Below are positions 33,501-45,486 of a DNA stretch of 64,000 nt, one piece after another (position 1 is the first letter of the stretch; every line of letters starts with the position of its first letter). The notes beneath the pieces are model-generated. The model did no database searches and had not been told where the DNA came from. It worked only from the letters and a program-made list of their open reading frames with translations. The position numbers and the translations under genes are program-made. The DNA is from Selaginella moellendorffii (taxonomy: Eukaryota > Plantae > Lycopodiophyta), in contig NW_003314272.1 in the NCBI RefSeq assembly GCF_000143415.4, positions 1,943,944-2,007,943 on the forward strand. Reading direction: 5' to 3'.

Positions 33501-36341
33501 CTTGCCACGTGTTAATTAATATTGTATTATTTTCTAAAAAGTTGATTATTAATAATTTTGTATTCATTCCTCTAGTGCTTTGTTAAGAGTTCCACTCATG
33601 CTCTTGACTTTTTGAGTTGGAGTTTTTAATTAAAATATGTTACGTTCATTAAACTTCCACTTTGGCCATTACCATATAATCCAATTCTAATTTTGAAGAA
33701 ACTCCATAATACAAGTTGCAATGAAAGTAACCCACAATTCCTGTATAATTGGTTTTAAATCTAGAGTCTTGGATGTTTATAACATTATAAAATCAGATGT
33801 TTAGTCATGTTGGAAAAAACTATTAAATACAGGAATTAATTTCTACAATCTAAGAAAAAAGTTTAACTTATATATGTAAACTTATGAACCATTATCCCAA
33901 AATAGAAGTTACTTTTGTGAAAAATAGCATTGATATATAGGAAGTAAGATAGGGCAAATAATAATCAATTGTAAATGATATTGACATATAACTTCAAGGG
34001 GTGTTATTATATTCTTCATATATGCATATTTTATGAAGGGGTTTCTTCCATTCAAAAATATTTCATTTCAAGAAGTTGAATGGAAATATAAATATTCCTA
34101 CAACAAGTAACAAGGATTATTCTAGGTTTATCTTTATTTTCAATGATGTGGTTAGAAACAATTGTTAATGCTTGTCACTTTTGTGAAACCTTGAAACCTA
34201 CCTTATTTTTTGAAAAGCCTTTGTATTTAAGGTTTGACTGATAAATGGTGCATTACAACCACCCTTTATTATTGTCATATTTAATCCACTTCTTAAATTT
34301 TTATATAACATGCATTCCTCATATTTATAGTTAACCTCTTGATACTTTTATTAAAAATGTTTGTCTTGCTGCTTTTTATCTTTAGCAATTATAAATATGA
34401 AGTTAAGCTTACTTTGCTTCCCTCCTTAAATATCATAGTGGCCTTCCTTTTATCTAAAGGATCTTTACCCATTATGGTATTGAATTTACCCTAGCTAAAT
34501 TTATTTAGTATAGTTATAATTATTATAATAATTAAAACCTAGAACCAGTCAAAAGCCTTTCATCCAAGAAGGTTAGTTATATTTGAGTTGAACTAGTTTT
34601 TTAGAATTTAAACCAGCTCATTACCTTGAGTTTAGAATTTTATCAACCACTGCTTCTAACATGTAAATGATTTAAGAAATATTAAGCAATTTATAATACA
34701 TTTTTTACACACTTCGGTCACACTATAAACTAAACACAAAAGTAAATAGTTTTGAAGTTGTTTGACTTGTTGCATTTATGATTTATTTCTTAGTTTAATA
34801 ATAGTGCATTATAAAGAATTTGACTACCTAAGGACATTCTTCTCCAATATATATATATCATTAATGAAAGATTTGAACTTTGAGGGGCAAGTTTAGTAAA
34901 ATTTGAATTTAATTCTTAGACATATGATAACATTTCATTTCCACCTCCAACTAAGAAAAATCCCTACAACAAAGAAAACCATGGGTAAAAAATCAATGAG
35001 GACAGCTTATTAAATCTCCTTTTTTGACATTAGTATTAAAATCAAATATATCTCTAGCTTCCTTAATCACACAATTTTACTTACTGATGAATTTTGATTT
35101 TTTTCTTCCTTTTCTCATATGACTTCCATGCTTCATGTTAACAAGTGAAATGGATGATATTAGAATCCATGATGTCATGACAAATAATGGTCAAAATAAA
35201 TAATTTTCCAATATTCAAAAATATTCATTGAATAATCTAAATGGTATTCATTTCTTTCTCATCATCATGTGGTTACCATTGACTACGAATTCTACAATTT
35301 CTATATAAAACGAAGTTGTGTATTTGAATGATTGCAAATAGTTCTTGAGAACAAGATAACTAAAATGATAACAAGTCACAGCCACTAAAAAAGACTATGA
35401 AGGAACCAAAGTGTCAAGAAGGAACTAACAAATGTTTACTTCATTAACTTCTTTGTCCACTATAATTGGAGATTGGAAGTATAAGAAAGGGCTAATGATA
35501 ATCTTTTATCCTAGCCATGCTAATCCAATTCTTAGGGGAAGTAGTTTCCAAAGTCTAAAAGATCATCAAGCCTAAACACATCTTCACCACCATGAGCATT
35601 TATAGTTTTCAACTGTGTCAACTAGATTTCACTTCAAATTTCTTTATCCCTTCTTTAAAAAATTCTGACCAGCTCAAGCTATCTCTTGCCCTATTCTACT
35701 TGCTAACCATGCTACAAATTTCTTCTCAATCAGGCCTTCAAGATCCAGTGTTGCAAGTTATTCTTTGAAGCAATTGCGAGCAAATACTTAGATGAAGAAT
35801 TTAATAGCCTTTATGAATTTAATGCTCACTTCATGTCATATGAGTCCTTTCCAACACAAGAAATCATAGAAATTCTTCTCATCTCAATTAAGCTCACTTA
35901 GTTCTTATGTAACAAAGCTTGTCTCTAAATAAGAACCCACCATAATGCAAATGATGGAGTTGTGGTTGATTTTTTGCTTAGTGGTTTTTTCAGGCCAAGA
36001 ACACCTCATCAATCTCCATTCCTACTCTAACAAGCTGACTGCACTGTGAATCTCATCCAAGAAGCCAAGCACAAGATCAGGAAACATTTGGTAGAAATTT
36101 CGCTTTCCTTGTGGTGCTCAAATTTCATGATCATGAATTAGTAGCAATTTGACATAGCTAGCATGGATTTCAGAAGAAATGGGTATTCATTAGAACTAAT
36201 AGACTCTAGAGCAACCATTTTTTGAGATCAAAGGAAAAAATGACCTTACTTGAAGACTTAGAGTTTAGAGCAAGAATGAACTGGCTCAAGCCTTTTAACA
36301 TGGTTTATAACATCCAAACCTAAAACTATAATAAAAATTTC

Positions 36342-38215
36342 TCAATAGTAAACCGAGTTTTTCCACTCTCCAATAGCTCTTTCAAAGTTAAATGTTTCAA
36401 TAAATGGCCCTTCTAAGCTAATCATGAGATTTTCATCTATCAACTTAGTGGAAAGTTTATTTCTAAATGTTGTTTTCATTAGATTAATTCTACTATATCC
36501 ATGTTTGCAATTAGCAATTTTGCAACATTGTATCATACCAATTTTCACCAAGGTGGGAAATTTGTCCATCTAAGATAAATGCTTATGAATAACTCCCTAT
36601 GTATTAATAAAACCTTTTCCCTTTTTGTAATGTACCTTATCTCTCTCCCCTTAAGCCAACTGGAAAAAGGGCAATTGCTTGATGAGAGAGCCCTTAATGG
36701 CTATTTTATCCCCATTTATCCCCCAAAGTTCCAAAGATCCACAGTGACAGTATATCCAAATCTCATCCCATGATCACATGCGCTACACTCACCCCCCTTT
36801 AGAGATGTCAATGTCCTCATTGACTATTAACTAACAACCCCTACTGAGCCAAGGGGAACTAACACCTCCATTTCCACAATCAATCTACCAATCCTTCCAT
36901 TGTGTAGACTAGCTATTCCATGTGAATCAACTAGTCATCCACCCGTACCGCAGTCCCACAGTGGATACCTTCGTCTGTGGATACTCCACACAAGAGGAAA
37001 GACGTATGCATGGATGCCCACTACGTACGATTTCAAATTTAGAAGTAGGAATATCCATCCCATAACTCACAATTGTAAGACCACCATCTCCAATATGCAT
37101 CAAGATAGGGACTTTTGTTTGCATGATGTGAACACGAGCAATGAGTTAACACCTCGTTGCAAATCATCTCTCCAAGAAGAGAAAATGATTTACGTGTTTG
37201 ATCCTTCGTTCCTGACGACTCTCTTTTCGGTCTCATCTTTGACTAAACCTTAAGCTTGCTTTCGCATTGCCTTCAATCCAATCCAAGAAAAGTTTATGAG
37301 AGAGCATAGCAATGACTACTTGAACCAATAGACTAATCCCTATAGTCTTGATTGATTCACTCATAATCATGCCTAGGAAGGATCCACTAGTGCCGTGCTA
37401 AACAGCGACGGACCAGCCTATTTGCCACTCATAGTAAACCTAGGGAAAGTTTATTTTCACCCATGGTACATGGAATAACTCATGGAACCACCGATAGGCT
37501 AACATTAATCCTGCCAACTCAAAGTGTAAACTCGAGTTGCTAATGCGCCTCACTCACGAGCCCAAGCGCAAACTCGTGTAACGGAACAACTCAGTCCACC
37601 CTATGAGCCCAAGAGCAAGCTCACATAATATGGAACAAAAAGGTAACCAAAACCTATCCCAAGGAAACAATGCGAAGTCTTTGCACCAAAACGTGTACCC
37701 ACTCGGATCATCGTTTTCATCTCTGCGTATGCAATGAGATTAGTTGCTCAATCTCATTGGATAGTTCTCGCCGAGACTCATACTCCGATACCAACTGTAG
37801 TGCACCTTATCTCTCTCCCCTTAAGCCAACTGGAAAAAAGGCAATTGCTTGATAAGAGAGCCCTTAGTAGCTATTTTATCCCCATTTATCCCCCAAGGTT
37901 CCAAGGATCCACAGTGACAGTATATCCAAATCTCATCCCATGATCACATGCGCTACACTTTTGCTCTTTAGTAGTTATACATTTTCAAAAACCATATTCC
38001 TCAAGAACTAAACATGAGCCCACATTACCATTCATGAACTCTCTTTTTACTTCTGGTGTTCCATAAAATAGAATAAATTCTTTTTGCTCAGCAACTCTAT
38101 AACCTTTTATGTCACACATAATTGATGGAAGATTGATAGTAATTAAGACCTTCATTAATGTAAAAGGACCCAAAATAACTTTAAGCAATCTATTCTTGAT
38201 GCTTTCTTTGGGCAT
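36342..38215 (-). mobile_element. hAT transposase C-terminal (dimerisation-domain) remnant interrupted by an LTR element
   Basis: KFPTLVK...CKHGYSRINLMKTTFRNKLSTKLIDENLMISLEGPFIETFNFERAIGEW at 36342-36569; probable upstream continuation at 37985-38215. Confidence 0.7.
36626..37957 (-). mobile_element. Intact non-autonomous LTR retrotransposon (TRIM-like, 1332 bp)
   Basis: 162-bp TG..CA LTRs at 36626-36787 and 37796-37957; CTTTT target-site duplication; iMet-type PBS (TGGTATCGGAG on minus); PPT AAAGGGGGGTGAG. Confidence 0.93.
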
Positions 38216-38799
38216 ATATACAAATATCTCATAAATATCAATGCCTCTTGTAAATCTTACCTATTTGAGCATTTAAACATCTCCACCTTTGTAATCCTTT
38301 AACTGCACCTTTGTGACTACAATTAAAAGACCATTACTACTATATGAATTAACTTGATAACATATATTTGTAAGACACAAATCCTTAAACCCTAAAGTGG
38401 GGTTGAAAGGGTGTCATATGGTAGTGGCTAAAGCGGAAGTCCAACAAATATAACATGTTTGGACTAAAAGTTTTGACTTAGAAAGTTGAGAGCGAGAGTG
38501 GACTTTCTAACGAAGTGCTTTAGAAACAAGTATATAGCAATTAATAAGTGAGTCTCTAGAAAGGGACATAAAAAGGACTAACACATAGCAAGTGTCATGA
38601 TATATAAAAGTGTCAAGACTAAGTTGGGCTGTGGTATTTCGAAATATCATCCCAAAATCCTAGTTCATGGAAAGAAAGAAGAGTGGTCCTTTTGTTTGGT
38701 GACCAAGGGTATGATTATTGTAAGGAACTAACTCCCCGAGATGTTGGAGACAAAAAAAACCTTGAAATCATGACTGGAATGATAAAGGGTTTATAGGAT

Positions 38800-38940
38800 G
38801 AGACTGAGTTCGAGATTGAATCCAAGACCAAGTTCAAGACCAAGTCCAAGACCAACTTTGGGACCGAGTTCGAGACTAAGTCCAAGATTCGAGATCGAGT
38901 CTAAGATTGAGTCCAAGATCGAGTTTGAGACCGAGTCCAA
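38800..38940. repeat. Degenerate 12-bp tandem array (consensus near GAGACCGAGTCC) inside a decayed retroelement
   Basis: gagactgagttc gagattgaatcc aagaccaagttc aagaccaagtcc ... Confidence 0.75.
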
Positions 38941-38997
38941 ATATTAATACAAGTCATGGGGTGAAAGTCTAAAGAGTGTGTCTCCCAAGGGGGGAGG

Positions 38998-39590
38998 TGT
39001 AAACTCCTGAGTTTGGACTTCCCGGGAGGTCACCCAACCCAGTACTATTCAAACCCAAGGACGCTTAACTCCAAATATCCCAAGACCCTTAACCGATTGG
39101 AAAACGGGGTGCACTCTTGTTCATAGGCCCTTTCCCTCTATATTTGAACCCCATGGATCATCTCTCAAGTCGTTCCCTTTGGTTGCTTACAATCCACCAC
39201 GCTTCCCTACAAGTTCACGCCCTCGTGAACGGAAGCTGAGAGCCGCAGCTCTCCTGAGAGCCCCGCTCTCTTGACACCCTACCCCTCAGGTCGAGCCCAG
39301 CAGGAGCAAACTGGACCAGCCAGATGTCAATCAACATGTGGTGTGATTCCCCTAGCCAACCAACAGAGTCGGACCTGAGACCCCTCTGATACCAAATGTA
39401 AGCTCCTGAGTTTGGACTTCCCGGGAAGTCACCCAACCCAGTACTATTCAAACCCAAGGACGCTTAACTCCAAATATCCCAAGACCCTTAACCGATTGAA
39501 AAAGGGGGTGCACTCTTGTTCATGAGCCCTTTCCCTCTATATTTAAACCCCATGGATCGTCTCTCAAGTTGTTCCCTTTGGTTGCTTACA
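38998..39590 (-). mobile_element. Cassandra TRIM with 5S rRNA-derived segments in both LTRs (593 bp)
   Basis: 194-bp LTRs at 38998-39191 and 39397-39590; GGAGG TSD; PBS TGGTATCAGAG; LTRs contain AGTTAAGCGTCCTTGGG...TAGTACTGGGTTGGGTGACCTCCCGGGAAGTCC (5S internal promoter region). Confidence 0.95.
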
Positions 39591-41625
39591 GGAGGTTGCA
39601 GGAGGTTCTAAAAGTATAGTAGGGATAGTGAGGTCTAGGAATCAGTCTTGAAGGAACTCTCCAGTGGTACTTCCAAACTAACTTCAGGTTAAAACTGGGC
39701 TTAGGGGCATCAGGTGGGAGTGAGTATAGACTAGGGTGGTGTTAGAGGGGCCACCCAAGGAAGTGCTCAAGAGCAACTCCCACTCCCGAAATACTCCCGA
39801 CTCATGTGGAGTGGTGTCTCACTTGAGTACTTTATAGCTCATTGGTCTTTACTCTTCCTAAGGGTTTAGGCATTCCTTTTGGGATGGAAGTGGGGGAGTA
39901 GTGGTACCTATATTAGGTTGTTAAGCCATAATGTTCCCCCCCTCCCCCCCTCCATGTCCCGAAGTAAGTGTTGCACTCAAGGTTTGGGATTTAGAAGGCC
40001 CCATGATCAACTCTTGTTATACTAAAGGATGTTAGGGATTTGGAGGCTTAGTGTGTTTGGTTGCTTGTGTTTATAGGAAGTGTAGCCAAACTTTAAGTCC
40101 AGTTTAATCCGGGAAGGGAGATTGGAAGAGAATTTAGGAATCTGTGGATGGATGGTTAATGTTCTATTATTTGTGTAATGAGGTGTTAAAACCAAGTAAG
40201 ACCAAGTAAGAGCTAGTATAATAAGTGGGAACTTTGGTGAGGGAACTTAACTAAGGCCAAGGTAGTAATGGTTAGATAAATGAGGTAAGTTGATAAATTA
40301 AAAAAGAAAAATTTATCATTTACAATTATGTGGTGAGGAAATCCTAGAGGTTAGTAGGGCTTAATGAATGGCCCTTTAAGCACTAGATCAATAGTGGTGT
40401 TAATAAACATTACCATAGATAATGAGGGATTTGGTGGGGATTGAAAAAGGGATATCGAAGGATGGTGTTTTGGGGCATTATAATGATGTTAAAGTGTGGT
40501 CATGGGATGACCATTAATGGATGGATGGCTTAATCTTGGAGAAACAAGATTGTGTTGCGGGTGGCTTGGACTACCAATGAGACAACGGCAAATGGGTTAA
40601 AATGTTAATGGCATCTTTAGGTGTCGAAAGTGAGATTGGATATATAAAACACTTGGACTAATGCAAAGCTAATGTGGTTTTGAGATCACATCTAGGGGTA
40701 AATGGGTACCCCAAGGTAGATGAGGATTTATAAAGCTTGTGAGTGAGACTCATCCAAAATGTCAAAGACATGATTAAGTGACTAAAGTAGAATGGAAAAT
40801 TTAATTGTTTATAATGTTATTAAGGAAGTTTGCATTACAATTAACCTCATTATCCAAGTAATAGAGCTAAATCTTTACTACTCTATATTGCTCTATACAA
40901 CTATAGAGCTGGAGGCTTGTATAGAAATATTAGATAATCAAAAAATTATTAATATCATGGTTGCGGGAGGTTTACAATGAGTTCCACCTATTATGTAAAT
41001 CTTATCTCCTAAGTGGACATATCTAGGTCTAGTGACTTTGGAAATGCATAAGTATATTTTTGTTTTACCACTTCTCCTCATGTCACTAGACTTGTCAAGT
41101 GAGAGGATTTAGTAGTTCAAAAGAACTAGGTTTCTAAATTGTGATTTATAATGCATTTTAAGTATAAGTTAATGTACCAGCATAGAGAGTCACACCAGGC
41201 ATCTTAGGTGATGCCATTTGATGCCCAAGTAAGAAAGATAGTGAGTGAGGAGTACAAAAATAACATTATACCTATGTTAACTGGATGCTAAAAGACATTA
41301 TAAACCATGTATTATTATGGAAAGTTTTTGCTCTCCTCATTATAAAAGTGTTTTGGAAGTTCTTTCAATCTGGAAAGAAATGCAGGAGTTCTCTATGGGT
41401 GAACCATGGATTTCACAAAAGATAAGTAAGGCTGGAAATTCAAAACAAAATACTCATAGATTTAAATCATAGCTATTTTAAGGTTTGAATATTCAAAATT
41501 GAAAATCTATATACCGTTTTATAGAGCCTAATTGCCTATTCCGAAGACAAAAAAAAGAGACCTCGCCCAGTTTATCGACCAGCATAGATCAGTCAGTAGA
41601 CACCAGAATCTGCCGCCGATGTAAA

Positions 41626-42833
41626 CTACAAAGTTTTGGCCAGCCCCTGCATAGCTCGAAAGTGAAGCGATGTCGATGGCATGACAAGCGGCCAGTCCTC
41701 CTCCGGGATACCTTCAATGTCGTTACCCCACGCTGTGAGTGTCCTATACTGCAGGAGGTCATACTCGATGAGACTGTTCACCTTGCCCATGGAAAGCTTG
41801 TTGCAGAGAGTCATGTAGGGCGTAATACCATTCTTGTGTTCCACCAAGGTGGACACTACGGTCTTCCAATCGTCCTTCGTCCAGCACGGCTTGTTAGGCT
41901 TGTTGGCAGGGAGGTCCTCTGGAAAGCAAGCAACCTGTACCTCCAAACGGCAGCTTGAGAGAAGAGAGGCCTTCACAGTGTCCCATGACTCAACACTCCG
42001 AGCAGCTCTGGATAGTAAGCCCATCCGGCCACCCATATTGTCCTTCCACAACTCGTCAGACACTCCACCGAAACCCCTTGGTAGGCGCGTCTCAAAGAAC
42101 TGGCGAGCTTCCGCTTCGTTTAAATCGCCTATGTTCAAAGTGTCTTCTCGGAGGCTGCCTATGTAGCCCTCAAGCCAAGTCCTGAAGAAGTTCTCCGAGG
42201 ACGCCAGCACCACATTCATGATGCGCTCCTGCTTCGTCACCATCACAAAGAAGGCAAGCAGCTGGTCGAGATGTTTCTTGGTCCCTGGATCTGTGGCCCA
42301 AGTGTGCAACCTGTTCGCCTCATCCAGAACGACGTCGGATAGGCCTTGGCATAGTCCCCGCCTTTCAGAACCAGGCTATTCCAAGACACACCGTAGGACC
42401 TGATAGCTGCAAGAACGCTGTCCATGTCGTCCGCCTCGTCCATCTGGAGCTCCAGTTGACCCTGCACCTCCTGAAGAACACCGCAGCTTTCCAGCTTGGT
42501 AGATAGAGTCGCCTTGACAGAGGGCAAAAAGCTGGACTTGAACATTCGGGCAACGCCCCTCAGAGTAACTGAGCCCGTATTGCGCATGTCAGCGATGGAG
42601 GATACTCCAGGGTACTCACCCTCACCTTGCTTCTGCAGGAATTCCCTCAGAAGAGCAATCTTCCCCGAATCCTTTGGTCCACTCACCACAACGAGATTGC
42701 CTCCCGAAACCACATCCCCCGAGTCACCTACAGCGGCCACAAGGCGCCCATTCAGCGCCGCGAGCTCGTCCTTCCTGTTGAAAAACGTCCGCCCCTGATT
42801 GAACTTAGAGAAGCGCCTAAGCATCGAAGCCAT
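41626..42833 (-). pseudogene. Intronless P-loop ATPase (ATPase_2/AAA-like) with one frameshift near 42340
   Basis: FFNRKDEL, Walker A GPKDSGKI, then in another frame Walker B VVLDEANRL, VVLASSE, IGDLNEAEA, MGGRM and a helical C-terminal region. Confidence 0.8.
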
Positions 42834-44792
42834 AGCTAAACCTTTGCAGCCCTAAACCCAAAAAGTAAAACCCTTAGAAATACCTTACTAAAATTTTAGC
42901 TAGTAGTGACCATGGCAAATCTTGAATGCATTGAGCAAGGAACAGGCCATCTGCTGAGCTCCATCCCTACGATCATATAAGGAATGTGAGTTTTAGGGTT
43001 TGTGGATGGCATCGATGGTGTTTGAGGGACCTTCTATATACAACAGTTTTTAGTATGGTTTCGTTTTTAATTACATTTTTGCAAACTTGTAAGGGTGGAT
43101 ATTTACTTACCATTTAACGGTTATTATTCGTTTATATTTCTTGTATTCAAAATTTATAAACATGCTTATATTTATAATCTTTTCTATACACTTTCTAGTA
43201 TATTCTAGTATATTCACTATCTAATGGTTGATATATAATAAAATTAATCTTGTGCTTATTAATTTATTAACATGTTTATATTTATATAATTCCTTTTGGT
43301 CAATTTTATTAAAAAAAGTAGGAATAACACTACATGCAACACAGCAAATTATTTAAACTAACCATGAAAAATATTCTTATTAGAAGTAAGTTTGATTGGA
43401 TTGTGGGTTTTTAATGAGGGTTTTTGTAAAAGCTAAAGTAGTTTTCTGTTTATTTAGTAGGTTTCTGTTCTAGCTCAATATATTATCAGTTCAAGACCAT
43501 GAATTAATATTTCAACTTTATGTATGAGTTAAATTAGTTGTTTTAGATATGGTTTTAAACAAGGTTTTGAGTATTATTTATTAATCCAGCTAATAGGTTT
43601 TTATGTAGTTTTTATTGGCTTGTTATTATAGTTGGTTTCTTGACTACTTTTCATAAAATGTAAAGTAGGCTTATAAATGTGTTATCAGTTTTGGCACTTG
43701 TTTACTAATTAATTAAAATTATTGTCATTTATTTGTAGTAAACTATTGAGTGAGTATATCTATAAAAACTTGTCAATTTTTTCATTAGGTTTTACTAGGC
43801 TCTTCTATTTTCTTTCTCAGACCAGCATTAATTTATCAACCTTGGCAAGACCTGCTTGGTCATGGATGTGGCTAGGGCTAGTATTGCTTTCCTGTAGCCA
43901 TAACCATAGTTAACACTCATTTCATAATGGCTATAGCTAGCCAATCGCCCTCGTTAGCACTTGGAAGTTTGTTTTAGACCAAGTCATCAATGAGAAAGAG
44001 TGCCTATTCATCTTTAAGATGGTTATATAGCTATAGTTGCTCTATAGCCCTCCCACAACAATGGCATTAATAATTAATAATTTTGAAACTCAAAACATTA
44101 GTCATTTATGACTATTAGAATATCCCATAAGAAGTGAAGAATGTATATGTGACAAAAGTTCTAAGCTTTCTTTGTGGGCTGATTTGAACAGTCTTTAAAC
44201 ACTTGTATAACACTCAATAGCTCTCTACCAACTCAATCACCTAATATTTTGAATTCTATACAACTTTAGTGTTGCATAGTTAAATTTTTGTTTCACTGTC
44301 ACAAGTACCTCTATTTTATTTGAGCTCTTAAAAAAGAAAGTAATTACTTTATTGACAAGTTCATTGTAAGAAATTAAATTTTTTATTCTACTTTAGTCAT
44401 TTCAATGACTATTTAGAGGAATCTCACTCATAACCTCTATAGGTCCTCATCCTAATTTAAGGTAATTGCTAAGAGTGATCTTAAAGCCATATTGATTTCA
44501 CACTTTGTCCAAATGCTCTATATATCAAAATTTTGTTTTAAACACCTACACAGCTATAAAATCATAATTATAACCTATTGCTATAATTTCATATGCATTG
44601 TTATATTGTTATAGCTCCAAAATGCCCTCATCTTTTTTAGCATTCTTTGTATGTCTATTTTTATATATTTTATCATCATTACAAAGCCTTCAAACTTCCT
44701 TTGCTCTATCACTCTTTAATCAAAAGTGGAAAAATGACAAAACTAAAATGTTTCTACCCCATATGTAAATGTTATTTTACACCTATTGAATA

Positions 44793-45132
44793 TACAAATC
44801 CTTTCACAATTAAATGACTTTATTAGGTAATTTTCACATAACATTGCACAAACAATATATAGAGAGTGTACTTCTAAAAAACTTTGCTAAAGAATACTAA
44901 ATTCTATCATGAGCACAAAGCATGACATTTTGCTTATTAGCTAAATGACAAAATTATGCTTCACATCTTAAGTGTACAAATCCTTTCATAATTAAGTGAC
45001 TTTATTGGGCAATTTTCACACAATACTAGTAAAATAATATATAAAGAGTGCACTAAGTTCTAAAAAACTTTGTTTATCCTTGAGCACAAAGCATAACACT
45101 ATGCTCAAATTAGCTAAATGACAAAATTATGC
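44793..45132. repeat. Diverged two-copy direct repeat, period about 182 bp
   Basis: TACAAATCCTTTCA...TTAGCTAAATGACAAAATTATGC starts at 44793 and 44975. Confidence 0.85.
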
Positions 45133-45486
45133 CTTGTGAATTTTACCATTACCCATTTGTTCAAAATACAAAGAATAGAGAATAAACCAAGTTATAGGCT
45201 CAATGGTTTTTCTCTATCATACATCAAATATAACTTTAGTCATTTTTGGCAAATGTATAGTAAAATAAGTTTCTTAGGCTTGTAACTTTAATCACATTTG
45301 GCAAGTGTATAGTTTCTTGATGGGCCCATATAACATATGACATGCTACTTTATTTAATTGTTATAGACTATAGTGGCCCTTAACTGCCATATTGCTCGAT
45401 TGGATGGAGAACTTCAAATGTGTTATTTATATAAAATTGAATCCTATATAGTATATATTCATCATTTGTAGAAGATAAATATATAT

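Noticed and set aside
38800-38940. CRISPR-like array
   Set aside because: Contiguous degenerate 12-mers without unique spacers, in a eukaryotic context
39015-39469. 5S rRNA genes
   Set aside because: Only the roughly 56-nt internal promoter part is present, inside LTRs; 5S ends are absent, so this is Cassandra
43800-44700. hAT/DUF659 transposase remnant (also TTF-zinc-finger-like traces near 34200-34320)
   Set aside because: Motif traces too decayed to call individually; covered by the general transposon-region feature
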